In this document: one piece after another, positions 35,413-44,690 of the stretch
Layout: every line of letters begins with the position of its first letter
Position numbering within the stretch: position 1 is the stretch's first letter
Virus record (IMG/VR): IMGVR_UViG_3300049979_000170
Location: 11,027 to 75,026 of that record
DNA length: 64,000 bases
Reading direction: 5' to 3' (one strand)
Source: a virus
Lineage: Duplodnaviria; Caudoviricetes
The notes under the pieces: model-generated
What the model saw: the letters and a program-made list of their open reading frames with translations, nothing else
Databases searched by the model: none
Told to the model about the DNA's origin: nothing
Position numbers and translations under genes: made by a program

Positions 35413-35694
35413 TCAAGCGGCGAGGGCCGTCGCTGTGGTGATCTCCTTCAGTCGCGCCTTGGCGAGCTTCAGGGTTTCGAGTTCTTCCGTGGCCTCGCTC
35501 TGAAGATAGCGAAGGTTGTTCTGGTGCATTCCCGCGAGGGACGAGTTGGAACGCATGGCGTTCTTCACGTCCAGCTTGAGAGCACGAATCTTGGTGGTAA
35601 GTTCTTTGTAGTAGGTCTTCCACTGACCACGGAACGCAACGTAGGTGTCACGGTCGAGATTCGGCAGGTCGAGGGTGATGATGTTCTTGGACAT
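35413..35694 (-). CDS. hypothetical coiled-coil protein
   Basis: GAAGGA RBS; helical. Confidence 0.6.
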   Translation of the reverse strand: MSKNIITLDLPNLDRDTYVAFRGQWKTYYKELTTKIRALKLDVKNAMRSNSSLAGMHQNNLRYLQSEATEELETLKLAKARLKEITTATALAA

Positions 35695-35722
35695 AACTTG
35701 GGTATCCTTCTGAATGATGCTG

Positions 35723-36154
35723 TTACTGGAGGAGAGAAAAGCGCTTCGTGATGTGGCGAATCTCATCGCGCCGCGCCGGACCGATGCCGAGCGCAGTAAT
35801 GATGGGAGAGCCGTCGAAGTGCGGGGGCAGGACGTGATGCTGATCGATGATCAGCGAGCACGGGAGACCAGCAGCCATTGCGTCCTCATAGGCACGCATG
35901 AGCTTGTATTCGCTGGTCGCGCGCAGACAGACCTTCGTCCCTAAGCCATCAGCCTGATAGGCGGCGGCCTCTTCGGGGCGGTCCACGAGCGCTTTGAGGT
36001 AGGTGTTGAGGTAGGCATGTCCGCTCTGGGCAGAGAGCTTGCCGGGGGACATGAAAAGATCGCCGCGCACAATCGCGTACAGGCGATACGGATCGGGATC
36101 ATCGACCGATCGAGCGTCATTCAGAAGTTCGGCGACAGACAGCTACAGAGACAT
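35723..36154 (-). CDS. Second Pth2-like peptidyl-tRNA hydrolase, with an in-frame TAG at codon 4
   Basis: YRLYAIVRGDLFMSPGKLSAQSGHA...TKVCL...IID...TALGIGP Pth2 motifs. AAGGA RBS plus ATG at 36154 is in frame, but codon 4 (36143-36145) is TAG. Confidence 0.65.
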
Positions 36155-36448
36155 TTTGCGGTTCCTTCGGTTGGGTCGGTTTCGTCCGACCAATTCAACA
36201 TAGGGAGGATTCGGAAGCGACGCAATATCCGCGTCGCACATTTCCACACGCCTCCAAAAGATAGTTAACAGAGTGTTAAACTACATTATATCAGAAGTTA
36301 ATTCTCAACATAAATTGGCGATCACGAAAAACCAGCAAGTATAATATCTGTACTTAATGTTTTTCAATAAATTACAGGGTCAGGGAACACCCCTTGGGAC
36401 GGTCAGAGCTAAATATTGCAAAGACCCTCTACCAAGGAGTATTTCAAA

Positions 36449-39325
36449 ATGGCAACACTCGTCAGCCCTGGCGTGTCAGTTTCTATTACCGATGAAAGTT
36501 TTTACGGCACCGCTGGTGCAGGTACGATTCCTCTCATCGTTATGGCAACTGCCTCGAACAAGGCTTCGCCTTCAGGTTCGGGGTACGCTCCGTTCACTAC
36601 GCCTGCTCAGGCAGGAAAGCTCTTTCTGGCTACCAGCCAGCTTGAATTGATCCAGAACTTCGGCACTCCGAAGTTCCACTCCATTCAGGGCACGCAAATT
36701 CATGGTCACGAACTGAACGAGTACGGTCTCCACGCCGCGTTCCAGTACCTGTCCGTCTCGAACCGCGCCTACGTGATCCGTGCCGACATCGATCTTGCAC
36801 AGCTTGAGTCCTCGACGACTGCTCCCAAGGGTGAGCCGATCTCCGGGCAGTACTGGCTCGATTTGGCCAATACCACATGGGGTGTTTTCCAGTCGAACGG
36901 CAATGACATTGCTGGTTTGGCATGGGCGTCTCAGCCGGTCATTATTGCCGTCGATGGCGACACCACCCCGGACGCGAACGGACGTGAAGTCCCCAAGACG
37001 ACCGTTGGTGAGAACGGTGACTTCGCCGTCGTTGTTGTCTCGGGCGACAACCGTATGTTCGAGAAGATTTCTGGCCGCTGGGTCGAGATCGGCACCTCGG
37101 AATGGCGTCGTGCGCGCCCGACCACCGTTGCTGGTTCGCCTGCCCCGGACGCGGTCAGCGCAAACTCCTCGTTTAGCATCAATGGCGCGGTCATCACGAT
37201 CGGTGCTGATGGTACGGTTCCTGGCATTCAGGCGCTGATCAATGCTGCCACGATCCCGAACATCCAGGCTTCGGTCGAAAACTTCTCGCTTGTCATTCGC
37301 AACACCGCTGGTGGTTTTATCACACTCGGCGAGATCGTCGGTGAGCCCCTGAAGGCTCTCGGAATCACCTCGGGTGAGTACAAGGGTCCGCGCGTCACAC
37401 GTACCGCTGACGCTCAGTATCCCGCTGGTTCGAACGATGGCGACGTATGGGTCAAGGGCACTAAGCCGAATAATGGTGCGAACTGGACGGTCAAGATTTA
37501 CGACGCCGGTACGCAGTCCTACTCACTTCTTACGGCTTCTTTCTACGCATTCGACGCGCTCAAGGGTGATGAGGATGTAACCAAGGACGCCGCCGCTCGC
37601 GCCATCATGGGACCGAAGCCGTCTGTCGGCGTCGTCTACGTGGGATACGATGCAAACACGGGCGTCCAGATGCTCCGTCGTTGGAACGGTGCGTACTTCG
37701 AGCCGCTTGCTTACGTTGCTTCGTACGAGGCTCCCTCGGAGGCTCCTGAAGCGGGTACACGCTGGTTCAATTCTGACCTTCGCGTTGACGTCATGGTCGG
37801 TAACGGCTCGTCCTGGGAAGGTTACGGCAATCGTTTCCCCGATGCCGATCCGAAGGGCGTCATCCTGTCCGGCTCCATCCCGGTGGTTCAGACCGGCGGA
37901 AAGCCGCTTGTGCAGGGCGATCTCTGGATCGACACCACGGACAAGGAGAATTACCCGGCTCTCTACCGTTTCGACGAATCCGTTCGTCGCTGGAAGCGCG
38001 TCGTTACCTCCGATCAGACCACCCCGTTCGGTATCGTCTTCCGCGACGCCCGTCAGAACTCCGGTCCGTCCTACGGTGTCCAGGGTGGCTACGCTCTGAA
38101 GTCCGAGAAGATCGTTGACATGCTGAAGTCGAACTACGTCGATCCGGATGCCCCGGATGCTCGTGCGTATCCAGCCGGTATGATGCTGTTCAATACCCGT
38201 TATTCGAACAACAACGTCAAGATGTGGCAGCCGAATTTCTTCGAGGCAGGTCAGTTCGACCCGGAGACAGACTTCCGCTATAACTCTTACAACGTTGGAT
38301 CGACTGTATTCCCGGCTCTCCAGGCCGACGATATCGGTCGCTGGGTTACAGACTCCGGTCTGAAGCTCGATGGCACCCCGTACATGGGCCGCAAGGCTCA
38401 GCGTGCAGTCGTCGTCAAGGCAATGCAGGCAGCGGTCAATGCGAATCAGGACCTTCGTTCAGAACTGATCTACTTCAACCTGATGGCCGCTCCTGGCTAT
38501 CCGGAACTCATGGACGAGATGCAGAATCTCAACCTTGAGCAGAAGGAAGTCTCGTTCATCGTCGGTGACACCCCGATCCGTCTGCTTCCGCAGGCTGCAA
38601 CGCTCCAGTCCTGGGCTCGTAACACCTCGGGCTCCCCGAACGGCGAAGACGGCATGGTCGTCGGCAACGTCTACACGGGCGTCTACTACCCGTGGGGTCT
38701 CGGCAATAACATCGACGGTTCGGAAATCATGATTCCGCCGTCCACCATCGCTCTCTGCACGCTGGCCTACAACGATCAGGTCGCCTACCCGTGGTTCGCC
38801 CCGGCTGGTTACTCGCGCGGTCTGGTGACGGCAGCTTCCACGGTCGGTTACCTGACCACGGAAGGTGAGTTCAAGGCGGTTCTTCTCAATCAGGGCCAGC
38901 GTGACACGCTGTACCAGAACAAGATCAACCCGATCGCCTTCATCCCCGGACGCGGCCTCGTCGTGTACGGTCAGAAGACTCTCTCGTCCCTCGATTCGGC
39001 CCTCGACAGAATCAACGTTGCACGTCTGGCTAACTACCTGAAGTTCAACCTCGATAACCTGATGAAGCCGTTCCTGTTCGAGCAGAACGATCAGCAGACC
39101 CGTGATTCCGCTAAGCTCACCGTCCAGCGCTTCCTTGCTGGTCTCGTTACCCTCCGCGCGCTCGAAGACTTCGCGGTCCTGTGTGACGAAACCAACAACA
39201 CGCCTGAGCGTCGTGATCGCAACGAACTCTGGGTCGATATCCTGATCAAGCCGATCAAGGCCATCGAATTCATCTACGTTCCGGTCCGTATCCGCAACTC
39301 GGGCGACTCGCTCAAGTTCGTATAA
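36449..39325 (+). CDS. gp18: Tail sheath protein (T4 gp18-like) with large insertion domains
   Basis: MATLVSPGVSVSITDES...FG.P...YPWFAPAG..RG...QRDTLYQNKINPI...GQKTL...LDRINVARL...FEQND; TAAATA at 36410-36415. Confidence 0.95.
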   Translation: MATLVSPGVSVSITDESFYGTAGAGTIPLIVMATASNKASPSGSGYAPFTTPAQAGKLFLATSQLELIQNFGTPKFHSIQGTQIHGHELNEYGLHAAFQYLSVSNRAYVIRADIDLAQLESSTTAPKGEPISGQYWLDLANTTWGVFQSNGNDIAGLAWASQPVIIAVDGDTTPDANGREVPKTTVGENGDFAVVVVSGDNRMFEKISGRWVEIGTSEWRRARPTTVAGSPAPDAVSANSSFSINGAVITIGADGTVPGIQALINAATIPNIQASVENFSLVIRNTAGGFITLGEIVGEPLKALGITSGEYKGPRVTRTADAQYPAGSNDGDVWVKGTKPNNGANWTVKIYDAGTQSYSLLTASFYAFDALKGDEDVTKDAAARAIMGPKPSVGVVYVGYDANTGVQMLRRWNGAYFEPLAYVASYEAPSEAPEAGTRWFNSDLRVDVMVGNGSSWEGYGNRFPDADPKGVILSGSIPVVQTGGKPLVQGDLWIDTTDKENYPALYRFDESVRRWKRVVTSDQTTPFGIVFRDARQNSGPSYGVQGGYALKSEKIVDMLKSNYVDPDAPDARAYPAGMMLFNTRYSNNNVKMWQPNFFEAGQFDPETDFRYNSYNVGSTVFPALQADDIGRWVTDSGLKLDGTPYMGRKAQRAVVVKAMQAAVNANQDLRSELIYFNLMAAPGYPELMDEMQNLNLEQKEVSFIVGDTPIRLLPQAATLQSWARNTSGSPNGEDGMVVGNVYTGVYYPWGLGNNIDGSEIMIPPSTIALCTLAYNDQVAYPWFAPAGYSRGLVTAASTVGYLTTEGEFKAVLLNQGQRDTLYQNKINPIAFIPGRGLVVYGQKTLSSLDSALDRINVARLANYLKFNLDNLMKPFLFEQNDQQTRDSAKLTVQRFLAGLVTLRALEDFAVLCDETNNTPERRDRNELWVDILIKPIKAIEFIYVPVRIRNSGDSLKFV

Positions 39326-39342
39326 GAGATCAAATTCCGAAA

Positions 39343-39369
39343 GAGGGAGGCTTCGGCCTCCCTTTTTTT
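39343..39369 (+). terminator. Rho-independent terminator after the tail sheath gene
   Basis: AGGGAGGC-TTCG-GCCTCCCT followed by a T run. Confidence 0.85.
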
Positions 39370-39595
39370 ATGCCGCCTCGGAAGCTTCTCGCTCGGCCCG
39401 GCGCTTTTCCATGAACGCGGTATCCGCCTTGGCCGCCTGTCGGAAGCACCAGTAGACGAACGGGAGATCGCCCACCTTCTTGTGATAGATGCGGGCGCGC
39501 TTCTCGACACTTGCCTTAACCGAAACCTGAAACATCATCGAGGCGAATTGCAGACTCTCCTCCAGCAGGGAGACGGCCTGCCGGAACTCGAACAC
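39368..39595 (-). CDS. small hypothetical protein (start uncertain)
   Basis: Downstream of the promoter at 39634-39661; the ATG nearest the RBS (39609) is out of frame. Confidence 0.35.
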   Translation of the reverse strand: MFEFRQAVSLLEESLQFASMMFQVSVKASVEKRARIYHKKVGDLPFVYWCFRQAAKADTAFMEKRRAEREASEAA

Positions 39596-39633
39596 GTCTG
39601 GAACGACATGCCGGAATCCCCCTTGATGTCCTC

Positions 39634-39661
39634 AATGTACCTCGAATCGATTATATGTCAA
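39634..39661 (-). promoter_or_regulatory. sigma70-like early promoter TTGACA-N16-TACATT
   Basis: Direct match. Confidence 0.65.
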
Positions 39662-39740
39662 ACGTAGTCCACCCTCTGGCGCTGGGTGTCGATATTCGTT
39701 AGACCAATCTCGCGGGTTTAAGCCGCTCGGAGAAGATAAC

Positions 39741-40034
39741 GTGAAGAATATTGGTAAGTTGGCTATCATTGCCGTGCTCTCGGCTGGGCTCGTTGCCTGC
39801 GGCAGCGGCAACAACATCTCGAACAGCGAGTCGGCAATCGCCAACTCAGGCGGCAAGGACTTTGCCACCAACCTGGGTGGGAAGTTCCTCTCCTGCTCGG
39901 GCGAGGACAGTGACAAGGACGGGTACGTGTCCTGCACGGTGCAGCCCGCCGCGTCGGGCGGTGTGACCCCGCCGCCGATGGAAATCCTCTGCGGCTACAA
40001 GACCGCCGGATGCAAACTCGCCAAGAAAGCGTAA
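39741..40034 (+). CDS. Small lipoprotein
   Basis: Signal peptide MKNIGKLAIIAVLSAGLVA-C lipobox, followed by four further Cys. Confidence 0.75.
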   Translation: MKNIGKLAIIAVLSAGLVACGSGNNISNSESAIANSGGKDFATNLGGKFLSCSGEDSDKDGYVSCTVQPAASGGVTPPPMEILCGYKTAGCKLAKKA

Positions 40035-40373
40035 TTATCGGGGCGGCCTACGGGCCGCCCCGACCCTATGGTCTGCACGCATCAAATGACGACTATGCTT
40101 CATTAATTCCCGAACGATCACGGAGCGACGGTCATTCCTCCGCTCAAGGAAGTCGCACCAGTCCGCAAGCGTACGATTCCTTTTATCGAGGTTGCATGTC
40201 CGACAAACAATCAAGAAGCCCTGACCCGGCATAAAGCTTTTTGGAATGACGTGGTCTCTCGTCGGAAACAGAGGCGTATTCTGCGCTCCCTTGGTCGTTG
40301 GGACACGCATTACCTCTCCACAATATGGACAAGGCCGACCGTGGTGACAAAGAAGGGCAATAGAAAATCGCAT
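40035..40373 (-). CDS. HNH endonuclease
   Basis: CPYCG...TRDHVIPKS...IVCRTCNLDKRN. Confidence 0.8.
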   Translation of the reverse strand: MRFSIALLCHHGRPCPYCGEVMRVPTTKGAQNTPLFPTRDHVIPKSFMPGQGFLIVCRTCNLDKRNRTLADWCDFLERRNDRRSVIVRELMKHSRHLMRADHRVGAARRPPR

Positions 40374-40403
40374 CCTTCCAGTCTATTCATGACACTCTCA
40401 AAG

Positions 40404-41045
40404 TCAACGCTGAATCTGAACTCGGAGGTGGGCGAGCGGCTGAGACGAATTGATAGATTCCGCGCCCAGGCAGACCGTCTGCGGAGCGTTCGGATGGTAC
40501 CGCTGTAGGCGCTGCTGGATCAGAATGCGGTACTCCTGTTTGGTTGCTGCCTGCACTCGAACGCAATTACCAAGAAGGCGCCGATCAAGAACGCAGGACA
40601 CGGTCTCCACCCACAGCGTGTGCGGCTGAGCGGGATTCGACATTCCCCGCTGCTTCACCTCGACCGCCGAGAACTCCGGCTGGTCCATGACGAGGAACAG
40701 CTTCCCCGTGGGAACCTGAAGCTCACTCCCGTTTCCAGAATCTTTTACGAAGATGGTGTCCCCGGTGTACTCATACACCACGCCGGACAGGTCTGGGGTG
40801 AGCCCATCGACAACGTTCGCCGCAACCGCCTCAGATACGGTCGCGGTAACCTTGGCCGAACGTTGCTGCGCGGCAAGGAGCTTCAACGCGCTACGAATCC
40901 ACGGCAGGTACGGGAGGTAGTCGATATCAGAGTCCTCAAGGATTCCAACCTTCTCGCATAGATTGGCCAGGGCAGGCTGACGGCTCGCCTCATAACGGAG
41001 CAAGCTTAGCGGATCACGCCCACGGATGTGTACTGAATCTGTCAT
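40404..41045 (-). CDS. late hypothetical protein
   Basis: TAAATA at 41052-41057 immediately upstream. Confidence 0.6.
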   Translation of the reverse strand: MTDSVHIRGRDPLSLLRYEASRQPALANLCEKVGILEDSDIDYLPYLPWIRSALKLLAAQQRSAKVTATVSEAVAANVVDGLTPDLSGVVYEYTGDTIFVKDSGNGSELQVPTGKLFLVMDQPEFSAVEVKQRGMSNPAQPHTLWVETVSCVLDRRLLGNCVRVQAATKQEYRILIQQRLQRYHPNAPQTVCLGAESINSSQPLAHLRVQIQR

Positions 41046-41067
41046 AAAAACTATTTACAATTGATAT

Positions 41068-41098
41068 AAAAAAAGGCCACCCCAAAGGGGCGGCCCGA
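41068..41098 (-). terminator. Rho-independent terminator
   Basis: GGCCGCCCC-TTT-GGGGTGGCC followed by a T run on the minus strand. Confidence 0.75.
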
Positions 41099-41132
41099 GT
41101 CTTTGGGAGAAGAAGTCCGATGAAGATCGGAT
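41068..41132 (-). ncRNA. Candidate ~65-nt small RNA
   Basis: TTGACA (41161-41166) with a weak -10 element, hairpin TCCGAT/ATCGGA, pyrimidine tract CTTCTTCTCCC, then a terminator; no ORF. Confidence 0.4.
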
Positions 41133-41188
41133 GACGACGTGTACGAAGAACCCCAGAGGGTGTCAACCTGAAAATGGTTTAACGAATC

Positions 41189-41392
41189 TTAGATCGGGCG
41201 AATCACAATAAGAAATCCCTGCGCATCGATCAGCAGGGTATCGCCTCGCATCACGGTGATTTTCTTGTCACCCTCTTGAATCAGAAGGCGAAAATCATCA
41301 GGCACAAAATTGGGGTTTTTCTTGACCAGCCACTGCGGCCAACGTTTAGGATTTCCGCTTCCTTCCCAAATATAACTATTACTATCAGGCAT
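41189..41392 (-). CDS. small hypothetical protein
   Basis: ORF track; beta-rich sequence. Confidence 0.5.
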   Translation of the reverse strand: MPDSNSYIWEGSGNPKRWPQWLVKKNPNFVPDDFRLLIQEGDKKITVMRGDTLLIDAQGFLIVIRPI

Positions 41393-41693
41393 AAAATATC
41401 CAACTATCTAAATGGTGGTTCGTGAAGTTGATCGGAATTCAAGATCAAGCAAGGGATACCATCCCTCACAGGGTAGGCTCCCCTCCGCGAACCGTCCTAC
41501 TAAATCACACGCGCGTGTTAGTTCACGCTCTCTTATTCGTCTCCCATGCCAATGGGCGTATACTTTTTCGCGCTTGGCAAAGCGCACCCTAATCACCACG
41601 AATAAGCTTATAGGTTCAGGACACTGAAGCCCCTGGTGAGCCGGACATCTCCGACCTGTTCAACATAATTGGGTGATTCAGCTAGCGCAATAT

Positions 41694-41936
41694 TTAAAAC
41701 CAAGCTACTTTAAAGAATAACGCATCATCTGCATCACCGAAGTGCACTTTGGCGTCGATCGAGGAAAGGTGAACGCGATATTTGGGAATCCACTTATGTT
41801 CCTGAATCACCTCTAGCCGGGGAACGTAGGTGAGGTTGCTGGCAATCCAAGCCGCGACATCCTCCCGGAACACCCATTCATCATCGAACAACCTTGCGAG
41901 CGCGGGTGTAATATCAAGTGTAGTGGGTTCATTCAT
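41694..41936 (-). CDS. RW-motif family small protein, late expressed
   Basis: Ends VHFGDADDALFFKVAWF; TAAATA at 41942-41947. Confidence 0.7.
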   Translation of the reverse strand: MNEPTTLDITPALARLFDDEWVFREDVAAWIASNLTYVPRLEVIQEHKWIPKYRVHLSSIDAKVHFGDADDALFFKVAWF

Positions 41937-42041
41937 AAACGTATTTAGTCGATCAAATAATCCTTTAGCTTCAAAGTAAACACAGCACTTATTGCAATCG
42001 AATAAATACTTCGTAGCTCATTATACGGAGTATTTTTAAAT

Positions 42042-42623
42042 ATGACCACGCTCCAGAATTTCGGCGTCCCGCTTGGCGGTGGCTCCGGCCGTGGCGGCAT
42101 TCTCATGCCGAAGCCGAAGCACCGCTTCCGCGTCCGCGTCATCAACTTCGGACCCATCGCTGGTGGTCTCGAACTGACTCAGCAGGTTGTTAGCGTTTCG
42201 CGCCCGACAGTCCAGCAGAGCCCGGTTGAAGTCCATTCGTACAACTCGGTTGCCTACTACGCTGGCAAGCATGCCTGGAACTCGATCGACCTCACGGTTC
42301 GTGACGACGTTACCAACGCGGTTTCCAAGCTTGTTGGTCACCAAGAACAGAAGCAGATGAACCACTTCGAGCAGACCTCTGCTCTGGCGGGCTCTAACTA
42401 CAAGTTCGAAGCTTACATCGAGACGCTTGACGGCGGTAACGACGGAATGCTTGAGCAGTGGTACCTTGAGGGCTGCTTCCTTGAGCAGATCAACTACGGC
42501 GAATTCGACTATTCCACTGCTGACGCGATGACGATCCAGATGACGGTTCGTTACGATAACGCCACGCAGTCTGGTGGTCTGATGCCGGAGAACCCGGAAC
42601 TCAAGACCGGACCGATGATCTAA
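42042..42623 (+). CDS. gp19: Tail tube protein (T4 gp19-like)
   Basis: PKPKHRFRV...VSRPTV...YNSVAYYAGKHAWNSIDLTVRDD...WYLEGCF...LTVRYD-type motifs; TAAATA at 42003-42008. Confidence 0.85.
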   Translation: MTTLQNFGVPLGGGSGRGGILMPKPKHRFRVRVINFGPIAGGLELTQQVVSVSRPTVQQSPVEVHSYNSVAYYAGKHAWNSIDLTVRDDVTNAVSKLVGHQEQKQMNHFEQTSALAGSNYKFEAYIETLDGGNDGMLEQWYLEGCFLEQINYGEFDYSTADAMTIQMTVRYDNATQSGGLMPENPELKTGPMI

Positions 42624-42627
42624 TCAC

Positions 42628-44223
42628 ATGTCCAGTGGCATCACATTTGATTCTGGCGACGAGATTCTTCGGTCGCCGCGTCAGGCGTCGAGCATCTTCG
42701 GCCTGGGGGGCGCTCGCCCTCCCCGGCAGAAGAATCTGTTCGTCGTCAACTTTCGTAAGAATGGCGACGCGACGACTACTTCTGGATCGAACTCAGCATC
42801 AAGTCTTGGCACTGGAACATGGAACAAAGATTTGGGCTTCTTGGTCAAATCGGTTGATCGACCATCGGTCGAGCCGAAGACCGAGGAGCTTAATCAGTAC
42901 AACAAGAAAAGAATCATTCATACTGGCTATAAAATTGGCCAGACACGTCTGACTCTTTACGATACCGCCGACTCTATGGCTATGAGAATGTGGGCAGAAT
43001 ATTCGAAGTATTACTTCGGAGATTTCCGTCATCAAAGCACTACGTCTGGTACCTCGAATACTGACTTTCAGTTCGACACGGTTCTTCCTGAGTTCAAGGA
43101 CACCAATAAGGCTGGATTCGGATTTTCACCACAGTCCTCCACCAGCACGGCTGCGACAACCACTTCAGATTACACAGTCCCGTATTTCTTTGACTCGATT
43201 TCCGTCTATCAGGTTTTCGGAAAGAAATACGTACGGTTCGATCTCGTCAATCCAAAGATTACGTCATTCGATCCGGACGAACTCGACTACAGCAACTCAG
43301 AAGTGGCGTCATTCTCCATGCAGATCGCATGTGAGGCCGTTATCTACCAGAACGATTTTCAGCCACAGGATATCAGCAGCGACTCCTTCCTCAAGGAAGC
43401 GTTCGGCGACATCTCACGCTTCAACGGCGACGTTCACAACTATCCGGGAAACGATTCGACTTCGGCGATCTCCTATCCAAGCTCGACCCTGGCCGCGACG
43501 GTTTCTCAGCCGGTCTATCAGAATCCAGTGGTCAATGCACCCGTGGAGCTTCAAAGCTACTCATCCTCGATCTCCAGTGGGTCGTTAAACGCGTATGGGC
43601 AGTACAATTTTGGATCGACCTCATCCGGTGGAACTGCCGTACGATCACTTTCCACGGATATAGCACTCTCGGCGACCAACAATCCCGCTCTGGCGTCCGT
43701 CCTCGGACTGGCAGATCGAACCTCCTATGCGGATTCCAGCGTACGTAGCCTTATTTCCCCGTACGCGGCGCCGACGTACATTTCGCAGTCAACCTACGAC
43801 GACGCATCCGCTGCCGTTGCTGCCCTCAGTGGGCTCGATCAGAACGGTGGCGCCGGTTCGCGTGACCTCATGAACGCCCTCACGTATGGCGCGATCTCGG
43901 CCGCCCTGGCGACCGGTCTGACCTCGCGCGACCATCTCTACAACCGGAAGCCTCCCATCGAGGTGGAGCCGCCGAATTCGTGGTCCTCAACCACCTCTCC
44001 CGGCATGGCCCTGACGAATGAGGCTTACGGAATCATGAACGCTCAGCGGCCCGCATCATCCCAGATTGGATTCAACATGCAGAGCGCGGCTCCATATAGC
44101 CCGCCGCAACGGGCGGTCTCTGTGGGCGTTGGCGGCACAAATAGCGGTATTTCGGTGATCGAAGGAGGCTCTTCCATTCCAGGCTTCGTGAAGCCGTCGC
44201 CTTTCATTGGGCCTCTCGGCTGA
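42628..44223 (+). CDS. Tail-tube-fold baseplate protein (gp48/gp54-like) with a Ser/Thr-rich C-terminal extension
   Basis: VKSVDRPSVE...LNQYNKKRIIHTG...LTLYD...L.NPKITSFDPDELDYS tube-like motifs; adjacent to the tail tube gene. Confidence 0.55.
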   Translation: MSSGITFDSGDEILRSPRQASSIFGLGGARPPRQKNLFVVNFRKNGDATTTSGSNSASSLGTGTWNKDLGFLVKSVDRPSVEPKTEELNQYNKKRIIHTGYKIGQTRLTLYDTADSMAMRMWAEYSKYYFGDFRHQSTTSGTSNTDFQFDTVLPEFKDTNKAGFGFSPQSSTSTAATTTSDYTVPYFFDSISVYQVFGKKYVRFDLVNPKITSFDPDELDYSNSEVASFSMQIACEAVIYQNDFQPQDISSDSFLKEAFGDISRFNGDVHNYPGNDSTSAISYPSSTLAATVSQPVYQNPVVNAPVELQSYSSSISSGSLNAYGQYNFGSTSSGGTAVRSLSTDIALSATNNPALASVLGLADRTSYADSSVRSLISPYAAPTYISQSTYDDASAAVAALSGLDQNGGAGSRDLMNALTYGAISAALATGLTSRDHLYNRKPPIEVEPPNSWSSTTSPGMALTNEAYGIMNAQRPASSQIGFNMQSAAPYSPPQRAVSVGVGGTNSGISVIEGGSSIPGFVKPSPFIGPLG

Positions 44224-44690
44224 TGGGAAATTTCAAAACCGCCAAAGACTTCTTCATCCCGAAGAATCCGAGCAAATACATCGGCAAGCACCCGATCATG
44301 TATCGCTCTGGTTGGGAACTCACCATGATGATGTGGCTGGACAAGCACCCGTTCGTGCTCCAGTGGGCATCCGAGTCCACGCAGATTCAGTACAAGAATC
44401 CGCTCACCAATCGCTGGTCCATCTACATTCCCGACTTCGTCATCATATACGCGGACGGTTCAGGAAATGGAAACACCCATTGCGAGATGGTCGAAGTTAA
44501 GCCGAAGAAGGAATGCCCCGGTCATCAGCCTGTCTCCAAGCGGACCGGTCGGAATCTCAAAGTCTCCCAGGAAACCCGCATGGCACAGGCGGTAAACCAA
44601 GCAAAATGGGAAGCTGCTCTCCAGTATTGTCAAAAGATGGGCTGGAAGTTTCGTGTCATCACGGAAGAAAGTTTGTATAACTATAAGTAA
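44223..44690 (+). CDS. gp4: Head completion nuclease (T4 gp4, TnsA endonuclease-like)
   Basis: PKNPSKYIG...YRSGWE...WASE...Y.PDF...EVKP...N.AKWEAA..YC...F.VITE. Confidence 0.85.
   Translation: MGNFKTAKDFFIPKNPSKYIGKHPIMYRSGWELTMMMWLDKHPFVLQWASESTQIQYKNPLTNRWSIYIPDFVIIYADGSGNGNTHCEMVEVKPKKECPGHQPVSKRTGRNLKVSQETRMAQAVNQAKWEAALQYCQKMGWKFRVITEESLYNYK

Noticed and set aside
36143-36145. Genome-wide TAG recoding (genetic code 15)
   Set aside because: TAG ends conserved-motif genes (19103, 30934) and other ORFs, and long core genes have no internal TAG.
41408-41599. Possible degenerate RW-family remnant (LDLEFR)
   Set aside because: Similarity is too weak and there is no terminal RW or WC..FG motif.
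36449-44690. Contractile injection system (eCIS/tailocin) or prophage in a bacterial chromosome
   Set aside because: Terminase, neck and head-completion genes, T4-type late promoters, tRNAs and the absence of host housekeeping synteny indicate a free large phage genome.
44223-44690. TnsA-like ORF as part of a Tn7 transposon
   Set aside because: It matches the T4 gp4 head-completion nuclease context beside tail genes, and there are no tnsB/tnsC genes or transposon ends.
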